This document shows positions 43,194 through 56,050 of a DNA stretch of 64,000 bases, one piece after another (the first letter of the stretch is position 1; every line of letters starts with the position of its first letter). Below the pieces are notes generated by a model that was not told where the DNA came from, searched no databases, and was given only the letters and a program-made list of their open reading frames with translations. The DNA is from Octopus vulgaris (Eukaryota). Where the stretch lies: NCBI GenBank assembly GCA_951406725.2, contig OX597827.1, positions 7,254,001-7,318,000 on the forward strand, read 5' to 3'. The position numbers and the translations under genes are program-made.

Positions 43194-43345
43194 ATGCAGC
43201 ACGGATTTTTGTCAGTGAACAGGTCGCGCTCTTAAAGCGATGAAAATATTTTGACAAATTAAACTTAAATGTTGAAGTGAATCGAACAGCTTTTGTGTGT
43301 TTCTTAAATGGCTTACAAACACCTTCCACGCTGCAATTGTTATAT
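43194..43345 (+). mobile_element. Short Penelope-like element in microsatellite, same family as 8790-8999
   Basis: Shares ttaaatgttgaagtgaatc...cttaaatggctt...ttcca.gctgcaatt with the 8.8 kb copy; contains the hammerhead-like fold. Confidence 0.6.
43208..43258 (+). ncRNA. Minimal type I hammerhead-like motif with G3-C8 core
   Basis: Stem I TTTGTCA/TGACAAA; GTGAACA; extra G; stem II GTCGC/GCGAT; GAAA; palindromic AATATT stem III; TTT triplet. Confidence 0.55.
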
Positions 43346-43351
43346 ATATAC

Positions 43352-43388
<37 letters not shown>

Positions 43389-43449
43389 GTTTAACGTCCA
43401 CTTTCCATGCTGGCATGGGTTGGACGGTTTGACTGAAATAATAATAATA

Positions 43450-43665
43450 TATTTCTTTATTGTCCAAAAGGGGCTAAACATAGAGGGGACAGACAAAGGG
43501 ATTAAGTCAATTACATAGACCCCGGTGCATAACTGGTACTTAATTTATCAACCCCGAGAGGATGAAAGGCAAAGTCGACCTCGGTGGAATGTGAACTCAC
43601 AACGTAACGGCAGACGAAATGCGGCTATGCATTTCGCCCGGCATGCTAACGATTCTGCCAGCTCG
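43450..43665 (-). mobile_element. SINE family A
   Basis: Near-full reverse copy. Confidence 0.88.
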
Positions 43666-44248
43666 AAATAATAATAATAAAAAAAAAAAAATAATAATAA
43701 TAATTTCTTAAGTAACGAGGAGAGGGATTTGGTATTAATCTTTGTTTTGTACAACAGTCATTTTTAACCCACCCTGCTACTGTCCCTTATGGGTGGGACT
43801 CCTTTCAACATGTTGTGTTGCATCATTTTGCAGTCTGGGTCTCATCAGGTACATCTATACATAAAGTTTCCGTCTACCAAATTCACTCACAAGACTTTGG
43901 TCAACCTGAGGCTATAGTGGAAGACACTTACCCAAGGTGCCATGCAGTGGGACTGAACCAGGAATTATGTTGTTGGCAAGCAAGCTTCTTACCACACAAC
44001 CACACTTCTGCACCTTAATATTAGATACTTAAGTCAGTACTAAAATACTTAACGTAGTGAACAAAAGCTATTTTAATTAATTAAGAATCTCTACTAAGAG
44101 GGGAGGGAAGCATCAGCCCAGTTTTAAAATCTAATTTAAACAGATAAATAGCGAAATTTTATGCTGGGTTGTTACTGTTTGGTAAATAGTCATAGTTTTT
44201 CGATACTGGAATGTTGTTATAGTTATACAGCAGATATAAAGCATATGA

Positions 44249-44307
<59 letters not shown>

Positions 44308-44509
44308 CATATACATGTAAAGACAAAAGAGATAACCATTTCTTCATAATATTTGGCAGGATTAGAAGTTTGAATTTGAAATTTAATGAATAAGGAAAAA
44401 ATGCATACAACATAAAATATACATATTGATTTTTTTTGCTTACTCGTTACACACACAGACACACACACACACACACACATATATACACAACAGGCTTCTT
44501 TCAGTTTCT

Positions 44510-44672
44510 TATTCCTTTATTGCCCACAAGGGGCTAAACATAGAGGGGGACAGACAAGGACAGACAAAGGGATTAAGTCGATTACATCGACCCCAGTGCG
44601 TAACTGGTACTCAATTATCGACCCCGAAAGGATGAAAGGCAAAGTTGACCTTGGTGGAATTTGAACTCAGAA
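44510..44672 (-). mobile_element. SINE family A, truncated
   Basis: Tail and core present. Confidence 0.85.
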
Positions 44673-45354
44673 CCTTAAAAATCTTCAATAAAACCTATGC
44701 TAGACAAAAAAATATTGAGAACAGAAAGCTTGAGCCAAGTAGCATGTTTTGAGCAAAATAGTTTGGCATCAGCAAAAAAACCAACCAATTGAATTCCCCA
44801 AATGGATTTGCTGATGTCACAAAGATACTAATCAATCAAGATTGTCCAACCCTGATATAAGACTACTCTATAATCTTCAAACCAAACAAAGAAATGAAAA
44901 ATAATTAAGCATAAACTTGGACAGCCAGTTTACTATGACAGCTGGTACTCTCAGTTAAATATGAAGAACTGCCAGAAAAACAAACTCTGATAATCACCTG
45001 TTAAATATTTAGAATATAATAAAGTCTTAGGATTCTCCATATTTCAATATTTCACTACTTTTGAAAATCATGAAAATTAGGAAACCAGTTAAATAACCAG
45101 AAATTTTCTTAAAGGGCATTTTCAATTCATCATCATCATCATCATCATCATCGTTTAACATCCGTTTTCCATGCTAGCATGGGTTGGACGGTTCGACCGG
45201 GATCTGGGAAGCCAGAAGGCTCCTCTTTTTTTTTTATATTCTTCTACTCATGTAGAGAAAGATCTTATTCTCATATATATCCATATATTTATACACACAC
45301 ACACACACACCCGTTATATATATATCGTATAAATATATATATATATATATATAT

Positions 45355-45960
45355 ATCATCATCACCGTCGTCATTGTTGTTTAATGTCCGCTCTCCATGC
45401 TGGCATGGGTCGGACATTTGAATGAAGGCTGGCAAGCCAGAAGGCTGCACCAGGCTCCAATCTGATCTGGCACAGTTTCTACAGCTGGATGCCCTTCCTA
45501 ACTCCAACTACTCTGAGAGTGTAGTGGGTGCTTTTTCGATGCCACTGGCACTATGGCCAATCAGGCAGTACTGGCATTGACCACGCTCAAATGGTGCTTA
45601 TTATGTGCCACCAGTACAGGAGCCAGTCAGGCAGCACTCACAATGATCACGCTCAAATGGCGCTTCTTACAGACCACCAGCACAGGAGCCAATCAGGTAA
45701 TACTGGCAATGATCATTCTCGAATGGTGCTTTTAACGTGCCCCTGGCATGGGTCCCAATCAGGCGGTACTGTCATCGGCCATGACAACAAGTTCACTTGC
45801 TTCAACAGATCTTCTCAAGCACAGTTTATTGCCCAATGACTGAAGGGTACTCTTAAATGTGCTGGTTATGCTGCACTGGCATAGGCCATGATTAAGGTCT
45901 CACATGGCTTGCCGGTTCTTCTCAAGCACAGCAATACTCCAAAGGTCTCGGTCACTTGTC
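45355..45960 (-). mobile_element. Family D element, longer copy with ~65-bp internal units
   Basis: Family-D 3' end, four internal units, extra upstream sequence; short extra copy at 45128-45222. Confidence 0.8.
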
Positions 45961-45963
45961 ACT

Positions 45964-45999
<36 letters not shown>

Positions 46000-46035
46000 T
46001 ATATATATACATATATATTATACATATATATGTAT

Positions 46036-46452
46036 ACTCTTTACTCTTTTACTCTTTTACTTATTTCAGTCATTTGACTGCGGCCATGCTGGAGCACCGC
46101 CTTTAGTCGAGCAAATCGACCCTAGGACTTATTCTTTGTAAGCCCAGTACTTATTCTATTGGTCTCTTTTGCCGAACTGCTAAGTGATGGGGACGTAAAC
46201 ACACCAGCATCGGTTGTCAAGCAATGCTAGGGGGACAAACACAGACACACAAACATATACTCACACACTTATATATATATACATATATACAACAGGCTTC
46301 TTTCAGTTTCCGTCTACCAAATCCACTCACAAGGCTTTGGTCGGCCCGGGGCTATAGCAGAAGACACTTGCCCAAGATGCCACGCAGTGGGACTGAACCC
46401 GGAACCATGTGGTTGGTTAGCAAGCTACTTACCACACAGCCACTCCTGTGCC
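46036..46452 (-). mobile_element. SINE family B, young copy
   Basis: Full reverse copy. Confidence 0.9.
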
Positions 46453-47247
46453 TATGTGTATGTATATATAAAAAAATGTATGTGTGTGTGTATACACACA
46501 CACACATGCACACATATACAATGTGCACATATGTACATATATATCTATATCTTACACTCTCTCTCCCTCTCTCTCTCTCTCCCTCCCTCTCTCCCTATAT
46601 ATGTAAAGAGTGTGTGTGTGTGTGTGTGTGTGTAAAAAGGTGAGTGCAACAAATAACAATTTATTTCATTTGAGAATGCTTTGTAGAATCCAGGATTATG
46701 TTATTGCAGCGAAGAATCTTTTATCTGAAGAGGAAAGTGTAGCAATGCTAATGAAAGATAAATAATAATAATAATAATAAAGTATAACAGGGTTCATAAC
46801 GATAATGATGAAACAGAATAAAAATAATAAAGTTAAAATTATAGATATCAATAAAAAACAAATATAAATATAAAAATAATAAAAAAAGATAAATAAATGG
46901 TTAGATAAATGGATAGAAAGATAAATGGATTGATAGAAGATGGTAATTGTACGGAAGGTGATAAAATAAGGATAAAGTTAAAATAAGCCGATAAATTGAT
47001 GAGGGGACACCCAAGAGATACAACATCTCGTAGCACGACAAATGAGTGAAGCTGGGTATAAACTATATGAAAGGGAATTCTCCATGTGGAGTCCACACAC
47101 ATGGACATACATTGACATGTATGAAGATGCATGTACACATACACACACAAACACACACACTCACACACAAACAAATTTATATATACAAATACATAAAGAT
47201 ACACTAGCACACACATATACACAGGCACTTATGTTTTATATATACAT

Positions 47248-47422
47248 AGGTGCAGGATTGGCTGTGTGGTAAGAAGTTTGATTCTGAACCACATGGTTCT
47301 GGGTTCAGTCTCACTGCGTGGTACCTTGGGCAAGTGTCTTCTACTATAGCCTGAGGCCGACCAAAGCCTTGTAAGTGGATTTGATAGCCGGAAACTGAAA
47401 GAAGCCCGTCGATTCTGATGAA

Positions 47423-47454
<32 letters not shown>

Positions 47455-47476
47455 TGTATGTATTTATATATGTATG

Positions 47477-47524
<48 letters not shown>

Positions 47525-47527
47525 GTA

Positions 47528-47569
<42 letters not shown>

Positions 47570-47785
47570 TATATATTTGTGTGTATCTGTGTTTGTATCC
47601 CCACCATTGCTTGACAACCGATGGTGGTGTGTTTATGTCCATATAATCTAGCAGTTCAGCAAAAGAGACTGATAGAATACGTACTAGGCTTACAAAGAAT
47701 AAGTCCTGGGGTCGATTTGCATGACTGAAGGTGGTGCTCCAGCATGGCCACAGTCAAATGACTGAAACAAGTAAGAGAATAAAAG
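47248..47785 (+). mobile_element. SINE family B
   Basis: Full copy with (TA)n expansion. Confidence 0.88.
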
Positions 47786-48061
47786 GGTATATATGTAACA
47801 CATGCATTATTTTTATGAGAGGAAGCAATCATATAAACATATTCCACCATCAGTTCATATATGGTGTGAAAAATAGTTATATTGTTAGTGTTTACTAATA
47901 ACACAAATTTGAATGCTTCTGAAAAGACAACACGCCTGTGAAATAGGATTTTCACAGGTAAAGCAATATATAACTAAATGACTGAGTTAAAAAAAAAAAG
48001 ATAATTACAGAATAGTGACAATTTTAATAATGTTAGCTTATTATTTGATATTTTGTGGTTT

Positions 48062-48326
48062 CATCATCATCATCATCATCATCATCGTTTAGCGTCCGCT
48101 TTCCATGCTGGCATGGGTTGGCCGGTGCAACTGGGGTCTGGGAAGCCAGAAGGCTGCACCAGGCCCAGTCTGATCTGGCAGTGTTTCTACAGCTGGATGC
48201 CCTTCCTAACGCCAACCACTCCATGAGTGTAGTGGGTGCTTTTTACATGCCACCAGCATAGGTGCCAGATGAGGCTGGCAAACGGCAACGATCAGATGGT
48301 GCTTTTTACGTGCCACCGACACGGGC
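48062..48326 (-). mobile_element. Family D element
   Basis: (CAT)n then cgtttagcgtccgctttccatgc. Confidence 0.85.
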
Positions 48327-49267
48327 GTACATAATTCTTCATCTCTTAAATATAGAAGTGTATGAACTAAATAGTACCTTTTAATTTAAGGGGACACAAT
48401 ACACAACAGGTGCACACATAAACCCATATGTATGCAAGGATGAGTGTGACACGCACACACACATTTAACGTATACAGTATAGCGATAATAGTTTCTTATA
48501 ATTCCTCCGATATTGTTGTCTTGGCAAAGACATTTTTTGTTATTAATGACTTAACTAGAAAAGAAAGGGAGATTCTTTTGGACGACATCAGGGCTCTGAG
48601 ATTAGTAGTAGAAGGGTCAGAAACCTAACCCAAATGATTGCAATGGATTAGTGTCTGAAAAAAAAAAAGCATTTTAAGGTGAGAAGAATGGTGTTAGACA
48701 TATCAATGGATCAAACCCACCTCTCTGCACACAAAACTGGTTTAGAGTGACAGGGTTCCACATAGTTATCTCTTATTTTTTTCAGTCAGTGGACTGTGGA
48801 CATGCTAGAGCACCACCTTAAAAGGGATTAGCTGAACAAACCAACCTCAGGGCTCAGCTTTTAAGACTAGTACTTATTCAATGTGCCACTTTGCCAAACT
48901 GCTATGTTATGTTATGAGGACATAAACAAAGCAACACTGGTTATCAGTTGCTGATGGTGGGGAACAAACACACTCTACCTAATGTGTGTGCACACACTCT
49001 CTCACACACACATATGATGGGCTTCCTCACAGTTTCTCTATACTAAGTTCACTCACAAGGCATTGGCTGGCCTGGGGCTACAATAGAAGACTCCTACCTA
49101 AGGTGCCATGCAGTGAACTAAAAACCATGTGGTTGAAAAGCAATCTTCTTAACCACAGAACCCTCCTTAATTCAACCCACAGGGCTTTAAACAAAGCCTT
49201 ATGAAGAAGACATTTAACCAGGGTGCAATGCAGTGGGGATAGAATCTGAAACTACAGTTTCAAAAAT

Positions 49268-49649
49268 TGTGGCACTCCATCAGTTATGACAACGAGGATT
49301 CCAGTTGATCCGATCAATAGAACAGCCTACTCATGAAGTTAATGTGTAAGTGGCTGAGTACTCCACCGACATGTGTACCCTCAACGTAGTTCTTAGGGAG
49401 ATTCAGCGTGACACAGAGTGTGACAAGGCTGGCCCTTTGAAATACAGTTACAACAGAAACAGGAAGAAAGAGTGAGAGAAAGTTGTGATGAAAGAGTACA
49501 GCAGGGTTCACCACCACCCCCTGCCGGAACCTCATGGAAATTTAGGTTTTTTTGCTCAATAAACACTCACAATGCCTGGTCTGAGAATCGAAGCTGTGAT
49601 CCTGTGACTGCGAGTCTGTTGCCCTAACCACTTGACCATTGTGCCTCCA
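49268..49649 (-). mobile_element. SINE family E (tRNA-derived head)
   Basis: Minus head ggaggcacaatggtcaagtggttagggc...ttcgattctcagacc; body fragments also at 14785-15205 and 62405-62510. Confidence 0.82.
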
Positions 49650-49959
49650 CAGTTTAAAAATAAACTCCTTAATTGCACAAGCATGTAATCATTAATAACC
49701 CATTCATTCTTCCAAGCTGCATATAGATTGTTATTGTTGTGGTTTACCCTTGGCCATTTTAATTGAACAAGTTTTCTAGCCATAATGATGCCATCTTTTT
49801 GGGACAAGTTCATCTTATCAGATGATCAGAGACATTTGACCATCTGAAGAGATGGACATGTCTCCTATGTGTGCATGAAACTTTGTCATGTGGAACTAAA
49901 TTGCACTGTTATAAAAATCTTGTTATATATATATATGTGTGAATGTGTATGTATGTATG

Positions 49960-50028
<69 letters not shown>

Positions 50029-50173
50029 TTATATATATGTATATCTGTATGTATATATGTATATATATACCTACATTTATACATATATATATATATGCAT
50101 GTATGTATGTATATATATATATATATATGTATATGTATATGTATATATATATATATGTGTGTGTATGTGTATA

Positions 50174-50216
<43 letters not shown>

Positions 50217-50972
50217 ATGTGTGAGTGTGTGTGTATGTGTGTGTATACATAAGTATTTCAAATAATGGTGTAGCACAGCCAACGGTGGTGCTCCAGCATG
50301 ACCACAGCTTTAAAGCTGAATCAATTTAAAAATTCAAAGGTTAAAGTTAAAGATATATATACATATATATATAATATAAATAATATACAAATATATGCAT
50401 ATATACATACATATATGTACATACCTACATATGTATATGAATATATGCATGCACATATAGATACAGGACATCAAAAAAACGTTGAACACAATGAGAAACG
50501 AAAACATAAAAAACAAAAACATAGAAACAAACTTTTTTTGGGACAATGAAAAATACAACAGAAAACGAGACATACAACATAAAGAATATTCCTCTTCTTC
50601 AGTTGTCCCTGTTTCAAATACTCCATGTATCGAAGTCAAAGACAGGACGCGACTTCGTTGAAACAGTCCTTCCCGCAAAGTAAATTAAATAAAATTTGGT
50701 TTATTTTGCGGAGGGTGAAAGTGGTAAGAAGAACAGGACAGTGAGAACAAAACAGTAAAAACAATAAAAAAATAAAAACAGTAAAAGACAGAACAATGAA
50801 AACAAAACAGTAAAAAGAAACGATGAGGGCTGTTAAGTCAAGACGATAGAAAAATTATTCTGAACGCTTAAGGGGACGAGCTTATGAAGAGACAGTATAA
50901 GCCTGTTTAGTCTTATATACATATATTTAAATTCGGTCTTTTCTTAGATCTGTAACTCCTCATATATCAAAC

Positions 50973-51054
50973 ATTACACTGAAGAGATTCTTACCCACAA
51001 GCATGGATTTGTATAACTTTATAATGAGTAAGAATCGAAACTATTGTATGTAAT
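50973..51054 (+). ncRNA. Type I hammerhead ribozyme motif, canonical core
   Basis: Stem I ATTACA/TGTAAT; CTGAAGA (50979-50985); stem II GATTCTTAC/GTAAGAATC; GAAA; minimal stem III AC-tatt-GT; GTA triplet, predicted cut after 51048. Confidence 0.8.
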
Positions 51055-51507
51055 TTGTATTTAATATTTATTAAATCATATTATATTGTTATATGAATAT
51101 AATATAATATAATATAATATAATATAATATTATTTTAATAAATTTCAATTTTTGAATTGGCAATTGTATATCTTCATTTTCTTTTCATTTTTATAAATAT
51201 AATATACACCCATGTGAATTGTAAAGTTTTTCTCTCTCAAAATGGGTATTAAATAGTTAAGCGAGTGAATAATTGGATGTTTCCATCCCTTTAGGAGGAA
51301 CCTATTTTCTTTATATTAGATCTTTGATTTTATATATATATATATATATACATACATATATATATATATGTACCGCAAAATCCTTTGCGTCCTGTTTTTC
51401 TTTTGATACATATATCCTATCACCTATACCACTAGCTGGCATATACAGGTGCTTACATTTATCAAGTATTCACCCTGAATTTATATATATATATATATAT
51501 ATATATA

Positions 51508-51712
51508 CAGTAATCCTGTGTCTATTAAAGGTGTTATGTTCCAAAAGCTCCCACACAAATAATTAAAATCTAAAAATAAGTAAATACCTACTGGCCACAG
51601 AAACCTGGATATACTGAGGAGCCCACAATATAAATTTACATATATTAGCCAGAAAAATCCACGATGTACAGAGTGCACGGTAAGTGAACAGCGATATGGC
51701 AAGGGATTACTG
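51508..51712. mobile_element. pogo/Tigger-type MITE
   Basis: TA|CAGTAATCC ... GGATTACTG|TA termini, 205 bp, non-coding. Confidence 0.7.
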
Positions 51713-51760
51713 TATATACACACACATGCACACACACACACTCACACTCACAGATACAGA

Positions 51761-51806
<46 letters not shown>

Positions 51807-51832
51807 ATAGGATTAGTTCGTATACGAGTAGG

Positions 51833-52407
51833 TATATATTTGTAAAAAATGAAGTTCGAAAATGCTGCTGTATTATACAATTTTTAATTTTTATATATAC
51901 ATTATAACATGTTTCAGTTCCTGAAATGAACCTTATCAAAAAAAGTTATATATAAAAAGAGACAGCTCATGCCGTCAAACACAAGAAATTCATTTATAAT
52001 ACACAGCGAACTTCCACCATGGGTCATCACAATTGCTTAAGGTAAAAATGAATTCCTCGCTCTTTCGGAAACATCAATCTTCTGTATTGACCGCTTTCCA
52101 CCACTTTGATCTGTTTTTTGTATTGAATACGTATCGCCACCGTGGGCCACTGCATCGAACACTTTGAAATATACTTCAAACTATATATCAACTATACATG
52201 AACTATATATCAACTATACATGAACTCTAAGATGTCTGACTCCGTTGTGTATTATAAATGAATTTCTTGTGTTTGACGGCATGAGCTGTCTCTTTTTATA
52301 TATAACTTTTTTTGATAAGGTTCATTTCAGGAACTGAAACATGTTATAATGTATATATAAAAATTAAAAATTGTATAATACAGCAGCATTTTCGAACTTC
52401 ATTTTTT

Positions 52408-52418
<11 letters not shown>
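51833..52418. repeat. Perfect 173-bp inverted repeat (51833-52005 / 52246-52418) with 240-bp spacer; probably Penelope-like fold-back element
   Basis: Arms checked block by block as exact reverse complements; lies between (TA)n tracts; each arm carries a hammerhead-like motif. Confidence 0.9.
52293..52363 (+). ncRNA. Minimal type I hammerhead-like motif with U3-A8 core (mirror copy 51888-51958 on minus)
   Basis: TTGATAA (52312-52318); stem II GGTTC/GAACT; GAAAC-AT-GTT with palindrome AACATGTT; interrupted stem I closed by tttttatatata/tatatataaaaa. Confidence 0.5.
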
Positions 52419-52443
<25 letters not shown>

Positions 52444-53167
52444 ACACACACATATATATACACACATATATATACATATACATATATATATGTGTGTATA
52501 TACATATATATACACACATATATATACATATACATATATAAATGTGTGAAACTACATAGTTTTGCCATGCCTTTCCCTTTTCTGATATTGGGATGTAATA
52601 TGAGGAAGATTTGGTTACTAATTCTAACAGACCCAAATGACTGCATAGAGGCTACCACTTTGGCTTATTACTAATGCAAATAGATATTAAGAAGTGGTCT
52701 AGATCACTACTACGGACAATCATGATCGTTGTTTAATTGATGAGATTTTCGATCATGCATAAACCTGGAAAAGGTCCACCTACTTAATATTATGCGCTTG
52801 TATGACCCAATGAGCTTAGTGGACATAATGGACTCTCATTTCATGAGCATTCCAGATGTTCAACGAATGGAACTATCTACTTACAGAATTACAATGTAAG
52901 GGGTTGTGCCTTCTACTGATTCATACACTATTAGTGTAATCTACAAGGTGACAGTCTTGAGGCTGTGTGATAAGACTGGGTATTTGAATTACAGTAACAT
53001 GTCCACCCATTAATGAATTTCTGCATATGATTTGAATTGATGTAATGTCTAACCGATGATGTTCTTAATTTAATAAAAATTTTCTTTCAAATGACGTTTC
53101 TTAAATTGGAGAAGTGTATATATATCAAATCAATTCTAGAATATCATAAGTAATTTAATGTATTATT

Positions 53168-53412
53168 GGCTGGCTTCCGTGCCGGTGGCACGTAAAATGC
53201 ACCAATCCGATCTTGGCCGTTGCCAGCCTCGCCTGGCACGTAAAAAGCACCCACTACACTCACGGAGTGGTTGGTGTTAGGAAGGGCATCCAGCTGTAGA
53301 AACACTGCCAGATCAGACTGAAGCCTGGTACGGCCTTCTGGCTTCCCAGATCCCCGGTCGAACCGTCCAACCCATGCTAGCATGGAGAACGGACGTTAAA
53401 TGATGATGATGA
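53168..53412 (+). mobile_element. Family D element
   Basis: Ends aacccatgctagcatggagaacggacgttaaa(tga)n. Confidence 0.85.
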
Positions 53413-54834
53413 TTGAATTACGAATGAAAATTAAAATTGAGCCTAGCAAGATTCAGAGTCAATGAAAAAATAGAGTTTAAATCGAGATCGAGATCTATAG
53501 TTTCCAGCTATCTCCACCTTCAAGCTCCTTTAAAGTACAATTTCAAATTTGGGCCCTGGGCAAAGAGTTAGTTGATTATATCAACTCCAGTTCTTAACTG
53601 GTATTGATCTCTGCAGAATTTGAACTAAGAACGTAAACAACCAAAAGATGTAAAGCTAAGCATTTTGTCTGACATGTTTATGATTCTGCTAGCTCACCAC
53701 TTTAGTTTCTTTAAATAATAAATATATCTTTGTTTTAATTTATTCACGCCTCTAAAATTTAGGGATATAAGATGAAAGAATCTGAAATCTCAGAATGCAT
53801 CACAAGGAATTAATTCTCATGTAATCAAAGGTATAAAGCATTTTGGATGAACAATACCAATGAAATTCTCTGAGAAAATACTCAGTCAATGATTAGAATG
53901 ACACTTTAGCATTCATCTGTAATCAATACATTAAAAGAGCATCAGCATTTTAAAAGTTTCAATCAATGAAGACTGGTGAAGCAAAATGTCAATTAATAAT
54001 TAATAATATGATTTGACATCAAAATGTCACAAGCTGCTTGACAAGAATAAAATTAATAAATAATCTCACAAATGATTATGTTATTTTGAATATGTATAAA
54101 AAAAAACATTATTTAAATTTTTGCTTAAAACTATACAAGTTTTTTTTAATGGCAAACCTATTTAACAAATTCTATTAGCATAATCTTGTAGCTAGCTTAT
54201 GAGTTTGTATCCTGACATAGCAACTTAATTTTCTAGTCTGCTCTAAATGCTATTATATTCTTGCACTGACTTAGCGTTGGTATCATTCTGAGAAAGTTGC
54301 AATGTAATATCATTATAGAAGAAATCTAAGTATATAATTATTTAATGGTAGAGAAATCAGTGATAACAAAGGGTACAAGGAATTATTGAAGCCTGAGTAA
54401 AGAATCTTTAAGATATCACTATCTGAGAAAGAAGGTTTAATTTCAATCTCCAGATGATATTTAATACCACTGCTTACTAAAGTTAATCAAAGAAGATAAT
54501 GGGTGATGAACTTCATAATCCATACTAATACTTCATAAGATAACTTATGTTATTCTCTGGATTAAGATACCTACCACATCTCTAGTAGAGTATAGATAAG
54601 TCCATCCTATTTCATAAATAAAATTCCTTGAAAATAAAATACACTTCTTGAAGTTTTAGGCGAGGATTTCTATGTCTGGCTCAATAAAGATGTTAAGAAT
54701 TTTTGATATTACATACAAATAACTTCCTTTGAAATTGCTGTAAGAATCCTAACAGAGATTGGTTTTGACAGAATCGTAATTTTTTTTTATTATTATTTTT
54801 AAAACATTAATAGTCTTTAACATTAGCAACATAC

Positions 54835-54985
54835 CTGCAAGTTCTTCATAGTGTTCTGTGCTTCCTTCTCTCCAATTGTGTCCAGTATCTTTATAAGAAG
54901 ACAGGACTGACATCTCTTTGACATGTTCAGAGGGTACATCAATATGGCCTTCCTTGTTACCAAAACTATGCGTAAATATAGTGGG
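54835..54985 (-). CDS. Candidate internal coding exon PTIFTHSFGNKEGHIDVPSEHVKEMSVLSSYKDTGHNWREGSTEHYEELA(G)
   Basis: Acceptor aattttcag|ccc, donor gcag|gtatgt, 151 nt open (50 codons + 1), non-repetitive. Confidence 0.6.
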
Positions 54986-55939
54986 CTGAAAATTCATCAA
55001 TGTAAACAATAGAATGGTTGTATATGATAGTTTCTGGCTAATTTCTTTTTATTTTCGGAAATCAATACTGAAATGGTGAAGCCTATAGCCATTTTTACTT
55101 CATGCTTGATAATGTCCTGAATTGCTAAATCAGATTACCGATGTTTATTTATTTTGATGTAAGGAAAAGAGAGAAATGTTTTAGCTCTTATGATGCCCTC
55201 TGGTAGATGTCAGTGTCATAAATACTGAGCTATTACTTTCTATGGTAGTTTTTATGACACTTCAGCTAAACATTACATTAGCATTAAGTAGTCAGTTTAG
55301 CCAAGTATAGGTTATTGATACCTGACAGCAATACCTCAGTCAACAGGCTATATTAAACAATAGCAACAAACACTATTCTATTACTCGCATTACACTTTTT
55401 CTTTTCTTTTGTTTTTATAGTTTCCTCTCTTTCTCTCTCTTTCACTCGCTTTCTCCTTTCTTCTTCTTCTTCTTCTTCGTTCTATGTCAATATTCCACAC
55501 AGGACAAAAGATAAACCTTTTAGAAGAGATTCTAGTGAAGAGATTTAATAATCAGAGTGGTGCAGCAGAGTTGCAGACACTCCTACTTCAACAAAACCTC
55601 TTTATCTAGTTCATGCAAGCATAGAAAATGGGCGTTAAAACTGACAGTTAATGATGGTCTATGTAAGAATGAAGGGGACAGTAATGGAGATGGTGGTGGC
55701 GGCGGTGGTGGTGGTGATGCCAAAGCTGCTAGGAGTAAGGGGGTGGGGGTGGGGGTAGGATAGAAGATGATAGTGGTGGTAGTGGTGATGGTGGTGGTGG
55801 TGGTATGTGCTTTTGCTGCTGATGATAATGAATTTAAGGCTTGGGAGTGGTAGGGGTTAATCATTGTACTAATGACAGTCTCTGAAAGAAGGGAATTTGT
55901 GATAACGTTGTTCTTCTCAATCACGATCATCATCATTGT

Positions 55940-56050
55940 CATTGTTGTTACTTAGATGTTGGTCAGCCCTGACTGAGCAAAACCTATGATCAAAGGCATT
56001 CCAGCCATGACCATTCCATTTCATTTTTTGCATATGCAGCACTACGTTAT
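55940..56050. repeat. Old dispersed repeat (family G) fragment
   Basis: ggtcagccctga...acctatgatcaaaggcattccagccatgaccat; similar at 5270-5350, 32965-33190, 35925-36130, 57280-57640. Confidence 0.55.

Noticed and set aside
49570-49649. tRNA gene-like sequence (also 29993-30065, 4670-4740)
   Set aside because: A/B-box heads run straight into repeated SINE bodies; no clean cloverleaf seen
50590-50670. gaagtc/gacttc stem with GATAC and a nearby CTGAAGA on the minus strand
   Set aside because: Motifs are in the wrong order and the core is incomplete, though the block may be Penelope-related
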